In this document: one piece after another, positions 52,195-64,000 of the stretch
Numbering within the stretch: the first letter of the stretch is position 1
How the letters are laid out: every line of letters starts with the position of its first letter
Assembly (NCBI GenBank): GCA_051362555.1
Contig: CM120647.1
Coordinates: forward strand, 7,316,001 to 7,380,000
DNA: 64,000 nucleotides
DNA from: Lingula anatina
Lineage: Eukaryota; Animalia; Brachiopoda
Reading direction: 5' to 3'
The notes under the pieces: generated by a model
Database searches by the model: none
The model's input: only the letters and a program-made list of their open reading frames with translations
Told to the model about the DNA's origin: nothing
Translations under genes and position numbers: made by a program

Positions 52195-52698
52195 CTGAAA
52201 GAAAATGAACATTTTTCTAGCACAGTGGGTTTGTCTGACTTGACAATTCACTTTCAAGTACATATTTTATTTTATATAACAATCAAAATAACACTAATTT
52301 ATCAAATTAATTCTAGGCTACGAAAGTATTCTTAGGTGCACATACTTTGTTAGCCATTGGTTACGTCATGCCCAGAGTGGGGACTTCCCAGATCTCACTC
52401 CTGGCTAAGGCGTTTAATGTGCTGGTCCTGGTATGTTGTGAGACCTACAAGTTCTGTGAGAGAGTAAAGACAGATTCTTTTGTTGCTAATGAATTAGGTG
52501 ATTTTTTTTCTGGTCGTGTTCACAACAGTGGACTAATAGATCCATGGATCAAATATGGCCGACCCACTTGAGGGATTGTTGCACAAGCCCTGCGGTGAAT
52601 CTATTCAATGCCTATTAGTGGATTAGGTGGCACGCTTTTAAGTGAATCGACCACATTTGATCCATGGATCTATTAGTCCACTATTAATGCAACTGTAT

Positions 52699-52982
52699 GG
52701 GAGCATTCACATCGAGGAGACTGAGGTCTAATAAGGTTCGCGACCTAAATATGGCGGACCTACATGAAAGGAAGACCACTAATCTTTTAATGGTCTCTCA
52801 CACGCCTCCCCACGCGTTGTCCCTCGACCGGTTAAAACTGAGCTGAGATTTAATTACAGTGCTCGTGCAGGGACGACGGTGAGGATTAACAGGATTAGCG
52901 ATCTTCCATTCATATTTCTGCCATATTTAGGTCGCGGCCTTACTAGACCACGGCCTCGGCTCTTCTCGATATGAATGTGCCC
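52699..52982. mobile_element. Harbinger-like MITE, same family as 28185-28410
   Basis: GGGAGCATTCACATCGAG... / ...CTCGATATGAATGTGCCC with a TAT TSD on both sides. Confidence 0.75.
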
Positions 52983-53638
52983 TATGTGAGGAAAATCCAG
53001 CCATAACCTGGATTCTGGCTCGTGCTGCCTTCAGATTTTAAAACGATCTTCGTAGGGTAAAAGGTTATATGTGTGAAAGGATTAAAACTGCGTGTTTTCA
53101 GAACAGGACAGATAACGTCTCTGAAAACTGGCATCTTCATCATCACCCTTAATACAAATCCTTAAAGTACTTTTTATCATTTATTCTCAAATGAAAAGAT
53201 TTAATCCAAATTGGTGAAATTATCAGTAAGGGTACAAAAGATATATTATATGAAAAACCACTGAGTTTGAAAATATCCATCATAGATAAGCGTTGCTTAA
53301 ATTATTACACAATTATTGACTTTGAAAAAGCTTTTGATTCAGTATTGTGACGTTTTCTTTACCAAAGTCTCTATTGCTTTAGTTTTGCGCCAGATTTTTG
53401 TCTACCACGACAAAAATAGCTTGACTTTATTGTGGGATTTTTTCAAGTCTGGGATCCAGAGAAGTAACGTTAAGGGTACAAAACTTCACATCATTGTTTT
53501 AGAAAACGTCCGGGTTTTAATCTGCTTCTCTCCACAGGTTATCGTACTGTTTATTGTCCCAAGTCATTGGATAACCTGTGTAATTTTCTTTTCAATAAAC
53601 ACACCAGTACTGACCTCTGCTTCTCCTAGCGCGTATAG

Positions 53639-56600
53639 TTAGGGAAATAGTTTAAGAAACAAACACTCCAATGCCACAAGCAAATTAAGTACCCAAGGCA
53701 CTTGAAGGGCGCATCCCCTGCTGCAAACAGACGTGCCGTGTCCATATGTAGAAGTAGCCGGCAATGCTGCGTCAGAGACGTTTCCGGATGTGCGATTAAA
53801 CACGACGCTTGCATTAAAAGGTATGTTGCCAATAAAGAGCTGGCTACCAACGTCTTGAATATAAGCCGCGACTCGATCTTCAAATCGTTCGAACCAACGC
53901 AAGCCGTCAGGGATGCGGGGAACAGGTTTCGCCAGTTTAACTGGTACACGAACAAGGGTGTATTCTCCATGTAACGACGGGGTGCCACATCCTGTTTGTA
54001 AGGCATAACCATATATCCCTTCGTGTAAGGGGTCGATGTAGAGAGAGGACTGGGTCGTGAATAAACTGATCGAGATGCATGCTTCAATCAAGACAATTAA
54101 GTCTTGCCAGCTTTGTTTTGGGGTAAGTTTCAGGGTCAGAGTGAACTGCATGTTGACGAAGCCAGTCAAGGGTATCAAACATCCTGGGTCATTCTCTTGG
54201 CATAAATGCTGTTGGCACGATTTCTAAAAACAAAAGTCAAAAATGTGAATCAAAGAAATAACGTCAGCTGTTAAAAAAACAAACGATAAAAATGCATGTT
54301 TTTTCTTTTTCTTTTTTTTTTTTTTTTTTTTTTTTTTTTGACCCGTTCTATGCTTTTAAAATTGTTTTCTTAATTGCTGGCCATCAGAAAAGCGAAAACA
54401 AATCAGTTTTAGGAAGCTATTTACGCTGTCAAAAGCATCGCAGGGAAAACCGTACGCAATTTCATCGTAACGAACCCGTGCCAAATGTAATTTAGGTTTG
54501 TGTCAGGAAGCTGTAAAATTATTATTTTTTATTGGTCTTAGTCATTCATGACATTAATCTATAAAAAACATTAAAAACATTTATTGTCCAAAAATCGTTG
54601 ATTAAATTCATTTGTTTGGCGACTTAATAAACCCATGCTAAAATCATGCAGCATGATGCCTGCGACTTATACTAATATTTATACTGATACCTCTTTACGG
54701 ACCGACTGAATATTGCAAAATTCGATTTTCTATTCATCATATCTGCAGGCATTATGCTGCCAGTGCGAAGGGTTTATCTGACCCCCCCCCCTTAAGATTC
54801 TATTTTCTATTCACCGATCAAGAAGAAATAAGCACCAATATTTCCAAACAGCTTTATTCCCACTGCCCATGTCCTCCCTTAATCTACTCACCACCAATCC
54901 TATTTATACCCTTCTCTACATTAAAATATTGCCTATTAGTTATAAACTTCTGGTCTTTCCAAACTGTTTGCAGTGTATATTTCTGCACGTTATTGGTAAA
55001 TTAATGCCTGTTCCCCTCTCTATGAATGACTGTTATTCTGTATTGAATTTTCCATGAAAACTCAAAATTTGTTGCGTAAAGGTATAGCGCTCAGATCTAT
55101 TATCTTTAATAAAAACATTGTAGACAACACATAAATTGTAGCAAATTCCTTTCAACCACCAAAACGGTTCTTTAAAAAGTTCATTAGTCTGGTAAATAGA
55201 CATGAATTTTTTTGAATTAATAGTGTCAAAGACAATGCTTTTTTTACCTGGTCATTGAATACAAGATCATCAGGTAATTTTTCTGAATTAATCGTGTCAA
55301 AGACAATGCTTTTTTTACCTGGTCATTGAATACAAGATCATCAGGTAATTTTTCTGAATTAATCGTGTCAAAGACAATGCTTTTTTTATCGTCAAATTTT
55401 CAGCTCTGCTCAAGAGCCTTCCTCAGGACAAAGTGGTCATGCGCTAATAATCTTGCGCTGAGAAGTATTCAATGACCAGGTAAAAAAGCATTGTCTGTGA
55501 CACTATTAATTAAAAAAATTCACCAAAACGATTATTACAGTTATTCTGAAATCTGTGCTTGCCGTAGGACCACTTGGACCTGTATGCATGGCTACCTTTC
55601 TTAATAGATTATTTTGTTTCTAAAAATCACACTTTAAAGAAAAAATGTAATTGACTAACTTTTAATGCCGAAAGTAATTCATTAAAATCGGAAAATATGG
55701 GAAAATGGTCGTTTACCCCAGAAAAATTGTCTTTTTGGCATTTTCCTTTCCCCGGCAAATAGAGAGTTTTATCCTTTTTAACAACTTTAGTATATTAATA
55801 CATTCATTCCAAACATTCCATGCTTACGTCGTGTTTATTTTGTTGACATTGCATTTCTTTCTGGAAGTCTATGACAGCGGAGAAACCAAGTGAGTCGAAT
55901 ATTTTGAGATCAGTTTTCTCTGAAAGAAGAACGTAATGTTAGGGATCATTTCCAATAAAACTTTCGGTCTACGGAGATCGATGCAACTTCGCAGTGACTA
56001 TCACTGAATGCTACCAGGTTTAAAGATTTACACTCCTCCTATTGCTTCCGACGTACTAGTATAATCACCGTTTTTTCTGTAAAATACTCAGGAAGAGGCG
56101 TGTAATCTTTTAAACTGATTGCATTCATCAAAAATCCCTGCGTAGGTGGATCGATCTGTGTAGACCGACAGTTTCAATATGAACGAGTCTTTAGTTTCCC
56201 CACAGAGAGCCAGATATGCTTCTTCTTCTACGAATTTCCAAACAATGTAACAATGCATTATGTGAACTTAAGTGTTATGAATTTAGCACAAGTAGGATTG
56301 TAGAAAGAGCTTGGCCTGACCTTAAGATGAACTTATTAAGGCAACGTTTCTTATTTTTTTTATCATAATAAACACAGAAAAAATAACGAAAACGCGAATT
56401 TAGCCTCCCTTTCTCTTTAATAAGTAGACTGAATATACACAGGTAAAATAAATGTTATTGGTTTGACGATTAAATGGATCATTTCATGCAAATTTCGGAG
56501 AACCCCCGCCCCTCTTCCCCAATTTAAAATGTAGTCAAAATCTATATCGTTTACGACATACCGTGTTCATCACATTCTTGTTTTTCTACCCCTATCTCAC

Positions 56601-57783
56601 TGGACACCTGACACAGCCAACAAAAAACGTTTCGTCCAAAGCCGTATCCGATATTAGAGTGGTAATAGGCTATGGACACAGGCTTCGTCTGGCAAAGTGT
56701 GACTAGGTCTTTGTCAGCATAATAATTGCATCGGTCGTCTTCTAGGCCTTTCACGGGGTCATGACTCCCTCCAGGACCGATGCAAGGACGCCCTGGATAA
56801 CGCTCCGGGGGTTCAAATAGCACCATACAATCGGGCAACGAGAATACCTTTTCCAGAATTCCCGAAGAAGTTGTTGCATTCACAAACGTTTCAAATTGGG
56901 TTTCTTCGCAGACTAGTTTCGGCGTCCACGCTTGGAATTTCACGACCCCATGACAAGCGGCACAATAGATATTCTTAAAAGTGATATTGTGCTCTTTTGA
57001 CGAGACAGGTAGAAGAACATCCATTTTCGTTGGGAGGCGGCTAAACTCGCACTTCGCCCTAACCGCTGGGTCCGCCCATTGCTGCGGACACGACTTAACG
57101 ACCCAGTAGTACTTGCTGTAAACGCCCAAAATTTCTCGAGTACCCTGTAACCAACACTCCGTGTGATTTGGTTCAATAAAAAATTCTGTTAGCTTTATGT
57201 CTCTGCAGTAACGATCGAGTGGCCAGCAACAATCATAAAAAATAGAACAAACATCGTCACAGTAGCACGTCACCCGTACAACGTCTTCGGAGACAACATT
57301 TTTCGTTGTTCTGCCCTCCCTAAGGACGCAAAATGGTCGATTAACGGGGTAGGTGAGCAGCAATTCAGCCAGCGGGCTTACTGTTGATGGTAAATCGCCT
57401 GGATACAATGGCAATGGAATATCTGTACGATTCTCAACCCCTGTCCCGCTGAAAGATTCTGATGATGATGTGTGGTTGTGCCAGGATAGGGTTCCAGTCA
57501 AAGTGAAGGTTTCATTTATTCCTCGAAATCTCTTCTTGCTTTCTGCGTTGTTCCTCCGAAAACGTTTTTTCACGTTTGACTTCTCGCTTTTGCTTGCGAT
57601 AAGTTTCTGTCCATCAGTTTCTGGCATATTTTTGTGAGAATCTGTATCTGGTAAAAGTTTCCTATCTTCACCCATAATTGCCAATGAAATACTTTTTGCT
57701 CTTTGATTCATCAAGTTAGGTAGTAAAACATACTGGTTCCATGTAATAAAGAAAATAACTAAAGTGAATAATGGGAAGTTCAT
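53639..57783 (-). CDS. Secreted, possibly GPI-anchored somatomedin-B-like/Cys-rich protein, copy 2 (3 coding exons, about 632 aa)
   Basis: Exons 57783-56562, 55919-55828 and 54223-53639. Same splice phases as copy 1, open frame, one-codon deletion, conserved cysteines, C-terminus WVLNLLVALECLFLKLFP*. Confidence 0.8.
55167..55520. mobile_element. Foldback/MULE-like insertion with a 10-bp flanking direct repeat and internal 69-bp tandem units
   Basis: CACCAAAACG at 55157-55166 and 55521-55530. Inverted arms GAATTAAT.GTGTCAAAGACAATGCTTTTTTACCTGGTCATTGAATAC. Single CACCAAAACG at the copy-1 site (about 39132). Confidence 0.7.
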
Positions 57784-57967
57784 GTTGAACACTTTGTCTG
57801 CCTTTCTGACAATTTCTTGAATGAGCAGTGTTTGGCTCTCTCTCTTTCTACATATAGATATATATACCATGCAACAAGCTCGGGGATATATCTCAGGTAC
57901 CGCCTTGTAATTCCTTTTCCTCAGTGCGCCCTTGGTCTCTGTAAAACGTGAAAAAAGTAGCAACCTC

Positions 57968-57977
57968 AGCCAATCAG
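57968..57977 (+). promoter_or_regulatory. NF-Y CCAAT box upstream of SMB gene copy 2
   Basis: AGCCAATCAG. Confidence 0.5.
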
Positions 57978-60900
57978 GAGGTTTTTCCTTTTAACTTTGA
58001 TTTAAGATTGATGTGAAAAAGGCGAGGCTTCTAACAGTAAGTATACGTTTCACCTTAGATCACAGCATTTAATGCAACAGCATGCGTTGCATCTTTACAA
58101 GACAATGACAGCATTGTTTTTTTAAATTCAACCCAAATATGCACGTTTTGGTTGGTCTGTTTATGGAATATCACCATTGCCTGCCCTCTGCCTCTTCAAC
58201 TGTGAAGATGCTTCAATACTGACAAGTATACATTTTAACTAGCCATTCATACAGGGCAAAATACCTGATATCTAGAACACCATTCCAGCCATTCCTATAC
58301 GTGTACCAAGGTCAGGGCTTATAAACAGATTAGTCTTTTCCTAACTCGAACCTCAGATTTGTGTGCACAAATGCTCAAATGAACAAATCCAGCCACGAGT
58401 TAAGTACCCGATGTAAAATCACTTGCCATTTGCACAGCGTTTCATTACACAAACCGTTTGTCCGCCTATCTACCCCTTCGGTGAGTTCAAGGATTTGAGT
58501 GTGAATGTTAGCAAAGGAAAAGAGATTATTGTAGACTACAGGATAAACAAAATGAAATAAAACTTGCGGTGAAAGTGTTATATGAGTCTGTAATTTCGAT
58601 TTATTGGGTGTTCAACAAGTACAGTGGTCTCATCTGAAGTGGTAAACAACGAAACTACGAAAACGACAAAACTACGAACGCACTTTTAAAGGGATGATAA
58701 CTCTTCGTATAAGATCTATATTTCACAATAAAAACATTTTTTTAAAACTCACAGATATACAGAAAAAAAAACCTACGGCGGTTACCACATATTCTGTTCT
58801 TGCCATCGGAGCACGTGACCTCCAAGTATGTAGTAGATGTAGCAATTGATTATATTAAAATACCCAACTTTAAGAAAAAACAAAAAAAAAACAACAGATA
58901 CTAACTTTAAATGTAGGAATGGATTTATTAACCAATGGTAAAGATGGGGACGCTTACCCCCAGGAAAGTCCATTTCAAGAGAAAAATGAATTGTTGTTAT
59001 CCCCTTAAGAAATTTGAGGGCTTTTACTAGAAATGTGCTCATCTTATTATTAATGCACAAATATGTTTTAGATGTATTTATAAATAGAGCCCAATTTTTT
59101 GGGTATTTCAGAGGGAAAATGGTAACTTTTGGTACAGTTTAGAACTATGATACAGCTAGTCGAAATTCTGGTTTCAAGAGGGGACCATTGGTGTGATTTT
59201 TTTCAGAAATCAAAGGAGGAATCATGACCCTGCAACTGTGGAAAATAAAATAATAGGAAAAGAGAGTAAAGACGAAAAATGACGTGATTTCAACAGCGTA
59301 ATCAGGCCCGTAGCCAGCAGTTTCAAAAGGCTGGTTCTTTTTCTGAAAAAATACACTTTTACAATGACCCCTTCCTGTACTTACATAAAATTTTATCAGG
59401 AATGGACTTTTTCCCGGCAAAAAGGGCATTTCATTGGTGTAATGGGATTTTCAGTGTGGGCAAATTGCATCATTTTGCTCGTTAGCATTGAAAGGATGAA
59501 AATGGATGCCTTATCAAATAATTTCGAATGATCAAAGAATGTTGCATAACAACTCGATGAAGCTAAAGATTATTATTAAGTGACGCAAGAGACACTGTAA
59601 AGAGTAGCATCGGGTTCCTACATGCAGCGCCAGACTTCATTATGCGCAAAGAAAAGATCCATCCACTTGTTATAATCAACCACAGTCCTCTCAATGTGTT
59701 TCAGGTTTGTCCGATTTCCAAATCTAAGGCACAATAGAATACATCAGAGGCATATCGCGTTTGCAACCGTAGACGCAGAGATTCATCAATTAGCACTTAA
59801 ATATCACTGATCAAAAACTCTGAAAAAAGGAAACGAAAATAAAGGAAGCTGCGACACACATGAAATATGCGGTTATTTCTATGTTCACTGCCAACGGATG
59901 AATTGACAGATGAAATGATGTACTGAAAGGCGATCCACGTGATTTCAGTATTTTGCAATGCCCCCATCTGGTGTCCAGCAAATAAATTTTCTGTGGACCC
60001 TTTGCAACTTCGTTCCCCCATTTGAAAAAGAATGCCAGTCATTCTAACCAGCAGACAAGTGCAACAAGGTGACGTTTCACAAAATTTTACCTTATTGGGC
60101 TGAAATACTTGCCTGAGGACCTTTCTAACTTCTTCCAAATGATAAGCCCAAAAATCATATTTCAAGGGATTTATGCGTGATTCTCGTTTTTCCAGTTTTC
60201 GAAGCAGACTTTCTGTAGCAAACATGCAAACATTTAATTTCTCTTCATCTACTTATATATTTACAATATTCATACATGATGCATTTTGTTGATAGATATG
60301 ACCCTTCATAAGACATTCAATCAAAAAATACAACCCGCCTTGTGTGCACTGTCCCCACTTTTTGCACCCCATCTCCCAAAACCATGTTTGAACATGGTGA
60401 ATTTCAAAGGTTCATATACCTACTAGCAGAAGTCCTACGGCTGTCAAAACTATATGGGTCTGTTAAGGAACATTAGGAAGATAAAATACAAAAGATATCC
60501 TGGTGGCATTTTATTTTGTTGACGATACATTGACGATACATTGATGTCTTCAAATGTATAAATTTAGGAGGGTGTTGCTCTTGTCTTAGCCAGTAATACC
60601 TGCTCATTCCCTCTTATCACGGCACAATATGCATAACAAGAGTAGGTAATTACCCTCTTACAGAGATGTTTAGCTTTATACTCATGCACTGGTGATTTGT
60701 GAAAATGTGCAGCGTTGATCAAGACATTTTAATCGTTGAAGATTAAAACGTTCTTCAACCTGCTAGTTGTCTCAAGTTTCTACCTTTTGCTCAAGAAAAT
60801 AAAATATGTGTGTCACCTCTTTTCTATAATAACAGTCAATTCTTAGATGCCGTAAAAAACAGACATCGGATAAATCACAAACTCTGACCATATCCGTTAC

Positions 60901-62129
60901 GGTCAACAAACCAGGGAAACAAATTGAAAAACAAAACAACATAATTAGAATATTTTTAAACATATTTACGTGGAAACAGAGGTGGTAGTCTTGCTTATTA
61001 TATTCTCATGATATATTATAACAATTTATCAACAAACAATCCAGTTTTTGAATCATATAAGGAAATGTATTTATTTCAACTTGTTGACAAATAACTTTAG
61101 GCTACTGGTACCTACGGACAGGACACTACATCCCAGGGAACGCACCTCCACAGGGCATGCTTTCCCAGGAACGTAGGTCTGTAAGTTTCTGGGGGACATG
61201 CATTCCTTCACATCGGTCATTTAAAAAATAAATATTAAATTAGAATTCGAATATAAGTGTAGGAATGGGCCAACCAATAATGTTCAATCCTGCCATTTAA
61301 GTTACGTGGAGAACTCATTTAAAGACACATATGGACCCAGCATCAGTGGAGCGTGGATTCCTAGTAATACCACTTAAAAAGTATCTTGTACAACTCAAAT
61401 AATTTCAATGTGCCAAAGGATAAACCATATTTATCACTAGATCAACCATAAAAGAGATATAAACTGTTCCTCTATTTAAATTTGGTCGTTAATTCAACCT
61501 TCTTATCTGACCTGCTTATTGGTCCCATTTATATACAGCCAAGAAAGGTACAAAAATGTAGCAGAAATATCCCCTCAAATATCATTTTCGGGTAATATTA
61601 AACAATGTCTTTTGGTTATTCTCTTATTTATACTATTTGAAAATATATCCTGGCATTTGGCTTTAGTAACAAAAAATGACTTCTTACGCATCTTTTATTA
61701 TTTAATCTTTATGTATAAATACATGTACATATATAGCTGCAAATATAGATGTTATTTCTCTGTTCACAATTGTAAGTTCTTTCATCTCTAGAAATATATT
61801 AACTCATCCATAATTTGCAGATATACAATTTGGTTTGAATACAGAAGATGCTTTTGAAAATATTACAAACTATGACATGATCTGCGAAACGATATCCGCA
61901 TATTAACCACAGTGAGTGAGAAGCAAAAGACGAAGGAAGAAAGAAAAATACGGAAACAAAGGAAAAAAAGAAAGACTTACAGGCAGACTTGCAGATAGAT
62001 TGATAGACAGATGGATTACTAAAATATAAGCGTTTTTAAGACATTTCATAGGTGCAATGAACGTATAGACTATTCTTGTGTAACGTGAAAGAGTTTCCCA
62101 TGATTGAGAGTCCGCCTCACACATTCATT

Positions 62130-62380
62130 TGTTCAGGTAAGGCTCGACCTAGATTTTGACCAACCTACGTCAGGCTAACCCTAACCATTACAACTAAATA
62201 CTATCAGGCCCGCTTCCTATTCATCTGTACAGGTAAGGCTCGCCCTAGATTTTGACCAACCTACGCCAGGCTAACCATAACCATTATAACTAAATAATAT
62301 CAGGTCTGCTTCCTATTCATCTGTTCAGGTAAGGCTCGCCTAGATTTTGGCCCACCTATGTCAGGCTAACCCTAACCATT
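62130..62380. repeat. About 2.6 tandem copies of the 96-bp CTAACCCTAACC-containing unit
   Basis: Units start at 62130, 62226 and 62322. Confidence 0.85.
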
Positions 62381-62930
62381 ATGATTTATTAATATAACTT
62401 TACCGGGATCAGCGAGTCTATCATTAGTGTAGGCCTATTGGCAATTACAGTAAAGTGAGACATTGGCAATTACGGTATAAGTGTCTCGCTTATATTTTGA
62501 GCGAGGTACGTCAGTCGGGTGCCTACGACGGGTCCGGTAACACATTGGGATATTTCGTGAATAAAATTGGAAGGAAATCCCGAACCAGACCTTGGTGGAA
62601 AAGAATAGTCCCATTCACGTTTGGTTTGTTCACAGATGGACCTGTAAAAGACACGTGACTTATTAAGGGATTAAAAACTCTTCTTATGAGATCCATACTT
62701 TACAATAAATGCATTGTAAACTACACATAGAAATATAATAAATTCCATTTTCCGTCAAAATGGAAGGATATGGAAATTATTCTGAAATCTGTGGTGGCGA
62801 TTGGACTTTGTATCGTACAAACATGGTTACCCTCTCTCTACAGATTATTACATAAACAACTGGCTGACTTTCAACATCGGAATGGATTCATTAATCATTG
62901 GTAACGAAAAGGAAAATTGTGGTTTACCCC

Positions 62931-64000
62931 ATATGAATATTAATGTTTTATTTTCCGCTTTCTTATAGCCAGTCGTTGCTCTAGTAATTATCCAGATAAA
63001 GTAACCCGAATAAAAAAAATACAGGTATTCATAATTTTCAAGAAGTGGTTTCTCCTAGTTGCAGAGATTACTGGATATAATTATCTGCACTATCAGTTTT
63101 TCTCTGCAGTTTCCAATAATCCCTAAAATTCAGTGTTTGATGTGGATGCTAATGCATTATGTACGCTTGCTACTTACAGCTGAATGAAAAGAAATCATGA
63201 TTGCATGCCAATGTCATTTTATGTTAATTATTGAAAAGTAACTGTAATGTTAAAGTTATGAATAATTAAAACAATTTGAATCTGAATTAAAGTCGAAATG
63301 TAAATTTGTTTTGATATTTTTTTTATAATTTTATTTTTATAAAGAAAAATGAAATGAAAGGATGAAACAGTCCTAGTTTGTATAAAATTATATCAACTGC
63401 TTTGTTAATGATATCTTAAACCAAATTTTATATATTTTTAGATTATTTTCTTCTGTTGCAGGTTCATGATGGCAGATAAGGCTGGAATAGCTGAAGTTCA
63501 AACTCACCAATGGCAATGCTACCAAGGTCAAGGCTACCAAGGGAAACCTGGCAGTGGTAAAAAAAGGTAATGAAAAATAAACCTAAAAGTGTAGCAAATG
63601 ATTAAAAAAAATGGTCTCAATTCACCGAGGATTTTGAGTGGATCATCAACTGGGTCTCAGAGAAGCCAGAAATCTAAAGGTCAAGGTCAAGATAAAGGTC
63701 AGGGTTAGGTTAAAGGTCAGCAAAAATCTACAGACTCAAATGCTCATAAAAAGTCAAATGCACAGTTTAAGGCAGATAGGAGAGCACTAGATTCCCAAAC
63801 AATGTTGCTACCCACCATGCAATTTTAAAGTTGGGCTTACATTATGCAGAGGGTGTGTTGTCTGAGTCCAATGCAAGGTGTATTGCACTGCTTAATGCCT
63901 TCAAACAGGTGGGTTTAAATTGGGTCTCTCTTGAACAGTGGCTCACTCTAGTTTTTTTTTAATGTGAAGCCTATTATTATTAATATAAAAGAGATATATT
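62931..64000 (+). pseudogene. Unprocessed EIF2B4 pseudogene (copy 3, runs off the window)
   Basis: ATG retained (63469) but TAA at 63568-63570. The exon-1 end is fused to the exon-4 acceptor at about 63789. Intron 4 is retained. Confidence 0.9.

Larger units (their letters stand above)
45777..52570 (+). pseudogene. Unprocessed EIF2B4 pseudogene (copy 2)
   Basis: No promoter. ATG half of exon 1 deleted, exon-2 acceptor lost, deletion in exon 4 (about 49122), TAA at 50598-50600 in exon 7, indels and a GT>GC donor change in exon 8, last exon missing. Introns are retained. Confidence 0.92.
45777..62930. repeat. Second unit of a tandem segmental duplication (first unit about 26517-45776, third starts about 62931)
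   Basis: ACAGAATATTCTCATGGT.TGTATCTTCACTGA at about 45776 matches 26517. Exon, intron and intergenic sequences are colinear thereafter. Confidence 0.92.

Noticed and set aside
45777-52570. A second functional or retro-processed EIF2B4
   Set aside because: Introns are retained (not processed), and the start, promoter and last exon are lost, with stops and frameshifts.
57784-57963. 60-aa N-terminal extension of SMB copy 2 in the ORF track
   Set aside because: It begins at a non-ATG codon, is closed by a stop and (TA)n in copy 1, and would bury the signal peptide.

Overview
AT-rich, intron-rich metazoan (invertebrate-like) genomic DNA. The left half has four housekeeping-type genes in two head-to-head pairs. 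The first pair is a 13-coding-exon ZNF800-like C2H2 gene (-) and single-coding-exon KLHDC9 (+), sharing a promoter with a ZNF143/Staf site. The second pair is SNRNP48 (U11-48K, -) and EIF2B4 (+). SNRNP48 intron 4 has a tandem pair of U12-type 5' splice sites (USSE-like) 53 nt downstream of an 11-nt frameshifting microexon, which looks like an intact minor-spliceosome feedback circuit. The right half is a tandem segmental duplication (units of about 26517-45776, 45777-62930 and 62931->end). In it a 3-exon gene for a secreted, possibly GPI-anchored somatomedin-B/Cys-rich protein stays intact and diverges, while the co-duplicated EIF2B4 copies are pseudogenes. An inverted, truncated pseudogene of the same family lies near 1-2 kb. 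There are many MITEs (Harbinger-, Kolobok-, CACTA- and MULE-like), a Tc1 relic, and a Penelope-like remnant with a complete hammerhead ribozyme core. All gene models were spliced by eye from GT-AG sites and phase matching; no transcript or database evidence was available.
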